A DNA stretch of 64,000 nucleotides from Ophelia neglecta (Eukaryota): the NCBI GenBank assembly GCA_965285935.1, contig OZ260664.1, positions 12,276,001 through 12,340,000 on the forward strand, written 5' to 3'. The position numbers and the translations under genes are program-made. The notes under the pieces were generated by a model. The model saw nothing but the letters and a program-made list of their open reading frames with translations, did not search any database and was not told the origin of the DNA. Positions 11,912 to 24,069 of the stretch are shown here, piece after piece. Each line of letters opens with the position of its first letter. Positions within the stretch are counted from its first letter, which is position 1.

Positions 11912-13166
11912 TTTGTATAATTTCCCTTATAAAAGACATGAAAATGATGTTAAGACAGTTTCGGCCGCAAGCAATGCGTTGTGCTACCACCAATTTAAAA
12001 TACAGCTCCCATGAATAATAGGTAAATACATTAATTTTGATTTGATCGTTAAAATGATTATGTGTCCAGCAGATTAATTCAATACCTATTACATAAGTTT
12101 GCATGTATAAGTCTATTAGGTCCCCTGGCTGAAAGGACCCCCAAAAGAAACCCTATGATAACAAGACTCCGGGGACGTAATCAACCAGTGTTGGCGATCG
12201 GGGACAAAAAACCCAGTTTTTTAAACCGGATCCCTGAGTCAAATTGAAAATCCATTTGCAGAATCTGTTGCATATGTATATAATATTACTCTTTTCCTAT
12301 CTATTATTCTAAACTTCTCATGTAACCTCATCGCTGACCCTGGTACAGGTAGGGAAGAAATACTCTCTTCAAAAACACAAGTTTCCCATGCCAAATTTTC
12401 TACGTTGGTTCGTAGGTAATTGTGAGATATTCTGCGTACAACGTTCATAAATGCATTTACCCACATAAAACGGTGAATAATCTCATCTAGGTCAAGAAGA
12501 TTGTGCACTTATCATTGACAGATCACTGTTTGATAACTGTTTTAGAACAATGGTATCATACGATGTGCTTAGGAATTTGGTCTATGTTTAGACAAGAATA
12601 CTTCAGACCCAGCGGTGGTTGATAGTGCACAACATTTATCAAGTTGAATCGAGTGTTTACATCATATAATAATCAACGTTTGAGTAGTGTTTTAGTAGTG
12701 CGTTTTGGTCTTAATTTTTTTTATTGGCTATATATATGCAAAGTTATCTAATGGCCGCTTGAATGTTCGTTTTTCCTCATGCTGCTTATCGAGTGGCCCT
12801 TCAAAGTCCGTGCCCCTTGAAGGTTATCTAGCCATCTTAAAAGGTGTACACTTATAAATCCGACAGAATATCATTAATTTGAGACTGTTACAGGAATTCA
12901 TTACAATTAGACCATCCGGTGTCTATAGTTTTATCCATATTGCTATTTATGTTGCCTTAATGCATGCACACCAGCCAATATGTAATTGAATGATCAAATG
13001 TTCATATATTGTCTCTTTCCGGAAGCTATTACAATGATCACAACTACCTTTAAATATTAATGAAAGTAAACATTAAAAGGTAGGTATTATAGCCAGGGCT
13101 TCATTCTGTTCCTTAACATATGGGTTTTCAATGAGCAGCCTATTGCATAGCAGGGCACAAGTGGCC

Positions 13167-13191
13167 TGACCTGGGGATCCGGGATAGGTCA
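13167..13191. promoter_or_regulatory. Everted pair of perfect nuclear-receptor half-sites (TGACCT-N13-AGGTCA), candidate hormone response element
   Basis: Seen directly about 870 bp upstream of the ATG; also at 20509-20533, 28070-28094 and 34246-34270. Function is inferred only. Confidence 0.3.
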
Positions 13192-14051
13192 GAGGGAAGA
13201 TTTATGGCTGTGTGTTGTATGTATAGACAAGTACTTTTAAATAAATGTACTCATGATTCCAAGATTATCATCTGCCAATCGAGAAGCCTGGCAGTTAACC
13301 AGTTAACTACGAAAAGAAATAGTGCCTGCATTATGGTTCACACTAATTTACTGCATAAGGTATAATAAATATAATCAAGAAACTATCTTAAATTTTCACT
13401 ATTCTTCAATATTGTAAACAGTAAAACTTCTTGGTTACAACATATATGCCATATGCTATGTCTTATAGAGTTTGATAACGGACCGATGCGCATGTGTTAT
13501 ATATGAGATGCTTTACTGCATCTATGCTTGTGTCCTACGATTGCCTTAAAATCTAACAATTACTAGTATTATAATGCAACATAATGCTAATAGTTTAACA
13601 TTTGTTTCATGGATTATGAGAGGTAGGTTATTACAAACCCATCAGTCGGTACGTCTGAGACGGTAAATCGTGGCCCGGGAGGATATTATCATAAAAGCAC
13701 TACTTATTAAATTATTCCTAGTTAATGATTATGGATTCTTCGTCGGTTATCCATTCCCTTTTCATTCAACAGCGTGGCCCTCTTTTCACTGTTCTTTTCC
13801 AGCAAGCAGCAGCAACCACACCAAAAGCCAGCGCCACAGCGGCCCTTAAGTAATTACCACTATCGACCAGTCAAGCGTCTTGCAGGACAGCTATGCTCTG
13901 TGATAATTTCAACTTCTGTTGCGTTGATTTTACTGTTATGCGAGATATTTATAGCATTTTTATCTGGCTTTGTTTATTCACTGTATCAAATTGAGTCCAT
14001 AATGTACCTCTTATTGTACCTTATAGTGTCGGCACTGGAAGAATTTGCATC

Positions 14052-14873
14052 ATGGCGGGTACTACGTTTAATCGTAGTATGAAGAAACCAATAAGGCAGC
14101 GCTTTCGGATGACGATTATTCGCTGCTTTTATGTGGTTCGAAGGGTCCTTTTGCAGTATGTATATAAATATCTAATTCCAAGAAAATACAGTGTGCCGTT
14201 CTTCCAATCCCTTCTAAATCGCATACACGCGCCTAAGAGTCTCAGCGTAGAGAAATATGTGGAAAGTATAACTGTTCGAATGCCTTTACGTTTGGTGATG
14301 AATGCTATTCTTGAGGGTATGCATGGTGGAATGCTGGCAGTCGGCGACTTTGTGCCCAACTCAGCAATGGTGAGATTGAATGCTAGCGGAAGTTATAGCG
14401 CATGCACTCTGTCAGATTTCCTACAAACAGGCCGCCCTCTGGTGATTACATTTGGCAGCTGTACCTGACCTCCGTTTATCAATACCATACAGGAATTTGC
14501 GCGTCTTGTCAAGGAATATGGCGACGTTTGTGATTTTCTGGTGGTCTATATTCGGGAAGCTCATGGTATAGGAGAATGGTACTTCCGGGGCAACAAGTAC
14601 CAGATAAAGGAATCTGACACTTTAGAAGATCGAGTAGCGGCAGCTAACAATCTACGAAATGAGATTGGGGATATTTGCCCAATTACAGCCGACTTATTGG
14701 ACAACGATATGTCTTTGTGGTACAAGGCCTTTCCTGAGAAACTGTGTGTAGTAGAAGATGGTCGAGTACGCTATATTGGGGGCCCGGGACCTCACTGTTA
14801 CAGCATAGCGGAGGTCGACGCCTGGCTCAAACAGCACACAAACAGGGAAAACGTTAAAACTCGATCATGTTAA
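14052..14873 (+). CDS. Iodothyronine deiodinase-like selenoprotein, copy 1 (type A), 273 aa, Sec139 (TGA 14466-14468)
   Basis: ORFs 14052-14468 and 14541-14873 are one frame joined through TGA, giving RPLVITFGSCT-U-PPF, DFLVVYIREAH, TLEDRVAAA, PEKLCVV..G...GGPGP..Y. These are the hallmark deiodinase (thioredoxin-fold) motifs. SECIS-like elements lie downstream. Confidence 0.93.
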
Positions 14874-15387
14874 AACCAAATTTATCAAAAATAAATTCTA
14901 AATAAATTGTCTTACTTGTTAACAACCATGTCTTGAATATCTAGCTACGGCCTCTAATTTTTTGTGATGAACCTTTACAGATTCAGGCACGATTCTTAAA
15001 AGGTTTATCCTTAATACTTGTGATTGATAGTTAGTGTGGATTGTACTTTAGCAAATCTACCCCTCTATTTGAGGTCAACGTAAGTAACTATATGAGTGGT
15101 TGGCATTAATGTTACCAAATGTACCCAAATTAGTGTGCTGTGTTTGAGTTTGGATGTGTTTATTAGAGTTTGGATTTGAGATCGATGCAATTGCCGTCTG
15201 CATTGAAGTAGTGAGGAAAGAGGCACCAACTGTGCCAGCATAAACAGGCTATGAATTAAACGATGTTGTGTATTGATGCGTTATTTCTACAAACAGTGGA
15301 ATATATATTATATATATTATATAGAAAGTTCCTCCGTCGATTATTTAAGTGTTCTCCTGAGATGTGGTTGTCCATACTAGACATTTT

Positions 15388-15458
15388 GGATGAGACGTAT
15401 ATATGACTGCGGCTATGAAATAGTTCAGTAGTTCGCACGAATCTTGAATAGGTCATCC
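15388..15458 (+). promoter_or_regulatory. SECIS element candidate 1 in the 3' UTR of deiodinase copy 1
   Basis: ATGA 15403-06, 11 nt, AAA, GA 15439-40. Upper helix TGCGGCTATG/CAGTAGTTCGCA, closed by GGATGA/TCATCC. Confidence 0.75.
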
Positions 15459-15747
15459 TTAATACTAGTAGTTGATGCTTCATCTTGGTGACTGCAAACT
15501 TATGTAATTATTTGAATGCACAATACTTTATGATCAAATATCTAACATCTAACGGACGTCTTTGATATATTCATGTCTGCAAATAATCTTTCTAAAACTG
15601 AAATACGGCAGAAACTAGTGTTTTCCTTTATGCTTTAAACATTTATATCATTTTTTCCCTCCAAGGTCACTATTACATTATATCCAAAAAAGGTTCATCC
15701 ATTATTATTGTGCTCTCCTGAGGTGTTATTTCCGTACTAGACATTTT

Positions 15748-15815
15748 GGATGAGACTATACATGACTGCGGCTATGAAATATCAGTAGCCCGCACGAATC
15801 TTGAGTAGTTCATCT
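15748..15815 (+). promoter_or_regulatory. SECIS element candidate 2 in the 3' UTR of deiodinase copy 1
   Basis: ATGA 15762-65, 11 nt, AAA, GA 15796-97. The 3' arm TAGCCCGCA converts a G.U pair of candidate 1 into G-C. Confidence 0.7.
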
Positions 15816-16765
15816 TTAATACTAGTGGTCGATGCTTCATCTGGGTGATTGCAAACTAATGTATTTATTTGAACCAGTATTGTCATAAAAAATCAAACAT
15901 TAAAAGGACGTCTTTGATTTATTCATTGCAAAAAGAGTTTTAACGGTGATACTCTTGAGCATATTTCCTCTTGCAGATGTTTGTTGTGTTAACTATATTA
16001 TTTTCTTATATAGATACACCTGTAGTAATATAATTTTGAAATAAGACACCGGGTAATAATAATGGAATTTTCGGCAGGTAAGACAGCCTTTATCTATATT
16101 TTATTTATATTGAAAGGAAATTCCTAAAACACCCTGGTTTTATTAACCCTTCTCAGGTGGAGCCTATGTGTTGTCACACTCTACTGGTAACCCCAGTATT
16201 CTCGTAATTACACTTCTACCGCAATGAAGGTCTGACTGTCAGCAACTTATACATGCATTCCGCAGGATTTAATTTAATATATTTTAATCAATTATTTATG
16301 TTTAGGCCGTTACAGCATAGATGTAAATAATGAGACATTGGGTATGCAGTAGACATTACTGACCACCATTACACTGCCATTATTGTATTATTGTAATGCG
16401 CGGTGTATTGAATATTTTCTAAATAATGATGTTAGCAATCGGAGACATTAATAACCCAGTATTTCTGGACCGGGTGCCTGAGTCCGTGTGAACAACCTGT
16501 TGCAAATGTATAGAATATTACTCTTTTCATATCGATTATTCTAGACTTCTCATGTAACCTCATCGCTGACCCTAGTACAGGTAGGGAAGACATACTCTCT
16601 TCAAAAAATCAAAAACACAAGTTTTCCATACCAAATTTTCTACGTTGGCGCGTAGCTAATTGTGAGATATTCTGCGTACAACGTTCATAAATGCATTTAC
16701 TCACATAAAACCGTTTGCTGCATGGATAAATGATCGATGGGATTGCAGTCTGCATTGAATTAGTA

Positions 16766-17872
16766 CATAATCACAGCCAATTTTTATTTACTCTTTTGTT
16801 TGCCGACGACTCTAATTTTCTTGTTACGGGTAAAAATATCGATAATTTACTGGACACAGTCAACAAAGAAATTTCACTTATTTTACCGTGGTTATATGCT
16901 AATAAACTTACTCTTAATGTTAACAAGACACACTTTATGATATTTTGCAACAAAGGCCGTACCATAGAGCCTACTTGTGACCTGACTATTAAAGGTCAAA
17001 AGATTGATCATGTACACAAGACAAAATTCTTAGGGGTTATCTTTGATTCCAATCTGACATGGAAGGACCATATATTATATATCAAAGGGAAAATTTGTAG
17101 AGGACTTGGTATCTTAACAAAGGCCCGTAAAGTTCTCACTAATAAAACTCTCCACTCGCTGTATTATGCTTTCCTTTATCCATATTTGTATTACTGTATT
17201 GAGATTTGGGGGAGTACGTGTGCAACGTATATCGATCCACTTCGTATTATTCAAAAGCGTCCCATAAGAATGGTCTTTGGGAGGTCCCGATCCGCGCGCT
17301 CCGCACCAATATTCTTAGAAAACAACATTCTAACTGTTGACTCTATATTTCAATATAAACTTCATATATTTATATTTAAATTCCTTAATGGGAAATTACC
17401 AAGAATTATCTCGATGTTACTACAATTTAACTTGCAAGTTCATGCATATCCCACTCGCCAATCATGTAATCTCCATCTACCAATTGTAAAGACTAATGTA
17501 TTAAAGAATCACATTTTATATCAGAGTATTACGACATACAACAATGCCAGAGATTTCTTTGATTATAACTGTTCTATTCATACGTTTAAAAAAATGGTAA
17601 AATCTTTTCTCTGTTTGTAAATCATTCTCGCTTGTATTGTACTACATAACTATGGTACTGATGTTTCCAACCATCTGTGTCGTGTACAGCAATGCACCTA
17701 TTTTGTAATTTTTCTTATATAGATCTGTTCCATACGTTTATGGCGCAGCAAAATTTTTTTAACAGTAGCAGAGGCCCATATAGGCTAAAGTTAGCCTCAG
17801 GAGCCAATTAGATTGTTTGAACACAATGTACACAATATCTCGATTAATAAAGAAAGATCAATCAATCAAAAA
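16766..17872 (+). mobile_element. 5'-truncated LINE (CR1/L2-like RT fragment), with a 123-bp internal in-frame deletion
   Basis: LFADD and downstream thumb motifs (KFLGVIFDSNLTW, YC.EIWG). Ends AATAAAGAAAGA(TCAA)3AAA. AGTA target-site duplication relative to the empty site at 10345-10348. Confidence 0.9.
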
Positions 17873-18051
17873 AGTATAGAAAGAAGCACCAACTTTACCA
17901 GCATAAACAGGTTATGAATTAAAAGAGGTTGTGTATTCAGGTCTTATTTCTACAAACAGTGGAATATATATTATATATATTATATAGAAAAGCTCCTCCT
18001 TCCATTAATTAAGTGTTCTCCTGAGAAGTGGCTGTCCGTACTAGACATTTC

Positions 18052-18122
18052 GGATGAGACGTATATATGACTGCGGCTATGAAATAGTTCAGTAGTTCGC
18101 ACGACTCTTGAATAGGTCATGC
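18052..18122 (+). promoter_or_regulatory. SECIS-like hairpin (orphan copy, head of unit 2)
   Basis: ATGA 18067-70 ... AAA ... GA 18103-04, same core as 10538. Confidence 0.6.
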
Positions 18123-21100
18123 TTAATACTAGTGGTTGATGCTTCATCTTGGTGACTGCAAACTTATGAATTTATATAACCTGCTTTAACGTCGACTTAC
18201 ACGCGCAAGTTAAGGCGGCGTTTCATTGGATGATATTGCAGCAAATCAGCATACCGGAAAGGTACCCACATATTTGGACTGCGGCCTTTCCAATTCGTAG
18301 TTCACTGTCGTCCGTGAAGTGGCGCCAGTAATATTAGTAAACCACCGTATTACTGCTACTATTGGTTGTTACTCATTTTAATTGATGCTATAGGTGTACT
18401 ACTAAATATAGTTCATTCCTATAACATGTTAATGGAGTACTACTTGCTATGGTTAAGAGCCAACTCTGGTGGCCAAAGTCCTCACTCTTAAGTGATGTCA
18501 TAAAAAGAACTATATTGGGCAATCCTCTATCAGACGTAACACAAACAGTTGTGGGTCGGTAGTGAAGTGCAGAGCCGTCCCGTATGATTTGAGTTTATCA
18601 GATCTATGTTTGGTTTTTATGATATTACATGAACCTAGAGAAGGTAAGCAATATTAATTTGATCTCTTAATATCTGCTATGGAAAGTAAGTTTGTTTAAG
18701 AGTGACAACAAGCATGTTGTAATGTGTAATTACGATTGTTTTTTTAGTACCGTTTTTACCTGATTTAAGCATATTACCTCTTATAGTAGCAGTCTTGTTT
18801 CCATAGTAAACAAAATCAGGCGTTTTGACCATCGTCCTATTGGAGGCATTTGTGTGCTATACCAAAAATCATCTCCAAAATGTAGTTATATGAGCTTTAA
18901 ATATAGTTGAACCTGAAAATTAAAAATTTATCTGTACCATGATAAAATTGATATTTGGAATTGGGGTTTTTCACGACACATAAGCAACATGTTGGCCTTT
19001 TAGAATGCTTGTGGTTAGATACATAGGTGTATTAACAGTATTATATTTGATTTTGTATTATGCTTTATTGCAAAGAAAAACAATCCGCTTCACTTATGGA
19101 CACATAGCGGGATAGGGTTTATTATCCGTTATTTTCGCGTTGAATTGTGGGAGTAATGGTATTGATGTCATTGCAGAATAAAACTTATATTAGAGTGTTG
19201 AATTTAGCACCCGTTCTCGTAATTACAACAGTTATACCTTACTAATAGATAAAATACAAAAAGAAACTCCCAGTAATCGGCATAATGTGAGCAAAGATCT
19301 CCGGCTCATACTGCATCTTATCGGCCTCATTCGGACACATGTATATTCATAGTTTCAATTAACGTTCTTTGTATAATTTTCCCTTATAAAAGACATGAAA
19401 ATGATGTTAAGATAGTTTCGGTCGCAAGCAATGCCATGCGCTAACACCAGTTTAATACACACTCTCCCATGAATAATAGGTAAATACATTAATTTTGATT
19501 TGATCGTCAAATGATTATATATCCAGCAAATTAATTCAATTCCTATTACACAAGTAAGCATGTATAAGTTTATTAGGTCCCCTGGGTAAAAGGACCCCCA
19601 TAAGAAACCCTATGATAACAAGACTCCGGGGACGTAATCAACCAGGGTTGGCAATCGGGACGTAAAAACCCAGTTTTTTAGACCGGATCCCTGAGTCACG
19701 TTAAACATCCATTTGCAGAATCTGTTGCATATGTATATAATATTTCTCTTTTCCTATCTATTATTCTTAACTTCTCATGTAACCTCATCGGTGACCCAGG
19801 TACAGGTATGGAAGAAATACTCTCTTCAAAAACATAAGTTTCCCATGCCAAATTTTCTACGTTGGTTCGTAGCTAATTGTGAGATATTCTGCGTACAACG
19901 TTCATAAATGCATTTACCCACATAAAACCGTGAATAATCTCATCTAGGTCAAGAAGATTGTGCACTTATCATTGACAGATCACTGTTTAATAACTGTTTT
20001 AGAACAATGGTATCACACGATGTGCTTAGGAATTTGGTCTATGTTTAGATAAAAAAAAAACTTTACCTTTAACGTTGGTTAAAAGTCCACATCATTTATC
20101 AAGTTGAATCGAGTGTTTACATCATATATTGTAATCGGGTTTTGAAGAGTGTTTTAGTAGTGCGGGTTGGTCTAAAGTTTTCTTTTTATTGGCCATATAT
20201 ATGCAAAGTTATCTAATGGCCGCTTGAATGTTCGTGTTTCCTGAAGGTTATCTAGCCATCTTAAGAGGTGTACACTTATAAATCCGATTTATGTTGCCTA
20301 AATGCATGCACACCAGCCGATATGTAATTGAATGATCAAATGTTCATATATTGTCTCTTTCCGTTAGCTATTACAATGATCACAACTACCTTTAATTATT
20401 AATGAAAGTAAACATTAAAAAGTAGGTATTATAGCCAGGGCTTCATTCTGTTCCTTAACATATGGGTTTTCAATGAGCAGCCTATTGCATAGCAGGGCAC
20501 AAGTGGCCTGACCTGGGGATCCGGGATAGGTCAGAGGGAAGATTTATGGCTGTGTGCTGTATGTATAGACAAGTACTTTTAATTAAATGTACTCATGATT
20601 CTAAGATTATCATCTGCCAATCGAGAAGCCTGGCAGTTAACCAGTTAACTATGAAAAGAAATAGTGCCTGCATTATGGTTCACACTTCTAATTTACTATA
20701 TAAGGTATAATAAATATAATCAAGAAACTATCTTTAATTTTCACTATTCTTTCTTATTGTAAACAGTAAAACATCTTGGTTACAATATATATGACATATG
20801 CTATGTCTTATAGAGTTTAATAACGGACCGATGCGCATGTGTTATATATTAGATGCTTTACGGCATCTATACTTGTGTCCAACGATTTCCCTAAATACTC
20901 ACAAATACTAGTATTATAATGTAATATAATGCGAATATTCTAATTTTACTTTCATGGATTATGAGAGGTAGGTTATTTTATACCCATCAGTCGGTACGTC
21001 TGAGACGGTAAATCGTGGCCTGGGAGAATATTATCATAAAAGCACTACTTATTGAGATATTCCTAGCTAATGATTGTGGATTCATCGTCGGTTATCCATT

Positions 21101-21362
21101 CCCTTTTCATTCAACAGCGTGGCCCTCTTTTCACTGTTCTTTTCCAAAAGCCAGCGCCACGGCGGCCCTTAAGTAATTACCACTATCGACCAGTCAAGCT
21201 TCATGCAGGACAGCTATGCTCTGGGATAATTTCAACTTCTGTTGCGTTGATTCTACTGCTGTGCGAGATATTTATAGCATTTTTATCTGGCTTTGTTTAT
21301 TCACTGTCCATAATGTACCTCTTATTGTACCTTATAGTGTCGTCACTGGAAGAATTTGCATC

Positions 21363-22184
21363 ATGGCGGGTACTACGTTTAATCGTAGTATGAAGAAACC
21401 AACAAGGCAGCGCGTTCGGATGACGATTATTCACGTCTTTTATGTGGTTTGGTCGGTCGTTTTGCAGTATGTATATAAATATCTAATTCCAAGAAAATAC
21501 AGTGTGGCGATCTTCCAATCCCTACTAAATCGCATACACGCGCCCAAGAGTCTCACCGTAGAGGCATATGTGGAAAGTATAACTGTTCGAATGCTTTTAA
21601 GTAAGATAAAGAATGGTATCCTTGAGGGTATGCATGGTGGGATGCTGGGAGTCGGCGACTATGTGCCCAACTCAGCAATGGTGCGATTGAATCCTGACGG
21701 AGGTTATAGCGCATGCACTCTGTCAGATTTCCTACAAACAGGCCGCCCTCTGGTGATTACATTTGGCAGCTGTACCTGACCTCCGTTCATCAATACCATA
21801 CAGGAATTTGCGCGTCTTGTCAAGGAATATGGCGACGTTTGTGACTTTCTGGTGGTCTATATTCGGGAAGCTCATGGTATAGGAGAATGGTTCTTCCGGG
21901 GCAACAAGTACCAGATAAAGGAAGCTGACACTTTAGAAGATCGAGTAGCGGCAGCTAACAATTTACGAAATGAGATTGGGGATATTTGCCCAATTACAGC
22001 CGATTTGTTGGATAACGATATGTCTTTGTGGTACAAGGCCTCTCCTGAGAAACTGTGTGTAGTAGAAGATGGTCGAGTACGCTATATTGGGGGCCCGGGA
22101 CCTCACGGTTACAGCATAGCGGAGGTCGACGCCTGGCTCAAACAGCACATAAACAGGGAAAACGTTAAAACTCGATCATGTTAA
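21363..22184 (+). CDS. Iodothyronine deiodinase-like selenoprotein, copy 2 (type B), 273 aa, Sec139 (TGA 21777-21779)
   Basis: Same architecture as copy 1. ATG at 21363 (MAGTTF) is homologous to 14052. In-frame TGA in FGSCT-U-PPF. Hydrophobic N-terminal segment MTIIHVFYVVWSVVLQYVY. Confidence 0.93.
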
Positions 22185-22690
22185 AACCAAATTTATCAAA
22201 AATAAATTCTAAATAAATTGTCTTACTTGTTAACAACCATGTCTTGAATATCTAGCTACGGCCTCTAATTTTTTGGGATGATCCTTTACAGATTCAGGCA
22301 CAATTCTTAAAAGGTTTATCCTTAATACTAGCGATTGATAGTTAGTGTGGATTGTACTTTAGCAAATCTACCCCTCTATTTAAGGTCAACGTAAGTAACT
22401 ATATTAGTGGTTGGCATTTATGTTACAAAATGTACCCCAATTAGTGTGCTGTGTTTATTGGGGTTTGCTGCATGGATTAGAGATCGATGCAATTGCCGTC
22501 TGCATTGAAGTAGTGAGGAAAGATACACCAACTGTACCAGCATAAACAGGCTATGAATTAAACGATATTGTGTATTTATGTGTTATTTCTACAAACAGTG
22601 GAATATATATTATATATATTATATAGAAGAGCTCCTCCGTCCATTAATTAAGTGTTCTCCTGAGATGTGGTTGTCCGTACTAGACATTTT

Positions 22691-22761
22691 GGATGAGACG
22701 TATATATGACTGCGGCTATGAAATAGTTCAGTAGTTCGCACGAATCTTGAATAGGTCATCC
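22691..22761 (+). promoter_or_regulatory. SECIS element candidate 1 in the 3' UTR of copy 2
   Basis: ATGA 22706-09, AAA, GA 22742-43; GGATGA/TCATCC closing stem. Confidence 0.75.
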
Positions 22762-23050
22762 TTAATACTAGTGGTTGATGCTTCATCTTGGTGACTGCAA
22801 ACTTCTGAAATTATATGAATGCACAATGCTTCATGATCAAATATCAAACATCTAACGGACGTCTTTGATATATTCATGTTTGCAAATAATCTTTCTAAAA
22901 CTGAAATACGGCAGAAACTAGTGTTTTCCTATATGCTTTAAACATTTATATCATTTTTCCCCTCCAAGGTCACTACTACATTATATCCAAAAAAGATTCA
23001 TCCATTATTATTGTGCTTTCCTGAGGTGTTGTTTCCGTACTAGACATTTT

Positions 23051-23118
23051 GGATGAGACTATACATGACTGCGGCTATGAAATATCAGTAGCCCGCACGA
23101 ATCTTGACTAGTTCGTCT
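23051..23118 (+). promoter_or_regulatory. SECIS element candidate 2 in the 3' UTR of copy 2
   Basis: ATGA 23065-68, AAA, GA 23099-100; TAGCCCGCA arm. Confidence 0.7.
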
Positions 23119-24069
23119 TTAATACTAGTGGTCGATGCTTCATCTTGGTGATTGCAAACTAATGTATTTATTTGAACCAGTATTGTCATAAAATATCAAA
23201 CATTAAAAGAACGTCTTTGATTTATTCATTGCAAAAAGAGTTTTAACGGTGATACTCATGAGCATATTTCCTCTGGCAGATGTTTGTTGAGTTAACTATA
23301 TTATATTCTTATATCGATACACCTGTAGTAATATAATTTTGAAATAAGACACCGGGTAATAATAATGGAATTTTCGGCAGGTAAGACAGCCTTCATCAAT
23401 ATTTTATTTATAGTGAAAGGATATTCCTAAAATACCCTGGTTTTATAAACCCTTCTCAGGTAAAGCCAATGTGTTGTCACACCCTACCGGTAACCACAAT
23501 ACTATCGTAACTACACTTCTACCACAATGAAAGCCTGACTGTCAGCAACTTATACATGCATTCCGCAGGATTTAATTTAATATATATTAATCAATTATTT
23601 ATGTTTAGGCCGTTACAGCATAGATGTAAATAATGAGACAATGGGTATGCAGTAGACATTACTGACCACCATTACACTGCCATTATTGTATTATTGTAAT
23701 GCGCGGTGTATTGAATATTTTCTAAATAATGATGTTAGCAATCGGAGACATTAATAACCCAGTATTTCTGGACCGGATGCCTGAGTCTGGGTGAACAACC
23801 TGTTGCAAATGTATAGAATATTACTCTTTTCATATCGATTATTCTAGACTTCTCATGTAACCTCACCGCTGACCCTAGTACAGGTAGGGAAGAAATACTC
23901 TCTTCAAAAAAATCAAAAACACAAGTTTTCCATGCCAAATTTTCTACGTTGGCGCGTAGCTAATTGTGAGATATTCTGCGTACAACGTTCATAAATGCAT
24001 TTACTCACATAAAACCGTTTGCTGCATGGATAAGTGATCGATGGGATTGCAGTCTGCATTGAAATAGTA

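Noticed and set aside
13774-14082. Hydrophobic 102-107 aa ORFs upstream of each deiodinase (also 21070-21393, 34807-35130)
   Set aside because: No recognisable domain, different starts between copies, and T-rich intron-like composition. Recurrence is explained by the duplication.
14052-14873. Treating copies 1 and 2 as split ORFs or nonsense pseudogenes
   Set aside because: The only interruption is a TGA at exactly the known Sec position of deiodinases. It is retained in three copies, with SECIS-like elements downstream.
21216-21362. 49-codon N-terminal extension of copy 2 (MLWDNF...)
   Set aside because: The frame is not preserved in copy 1 (11-bp indel), and the region looks like a 5'-UTR intron. 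ATG 21363 is the shared start.
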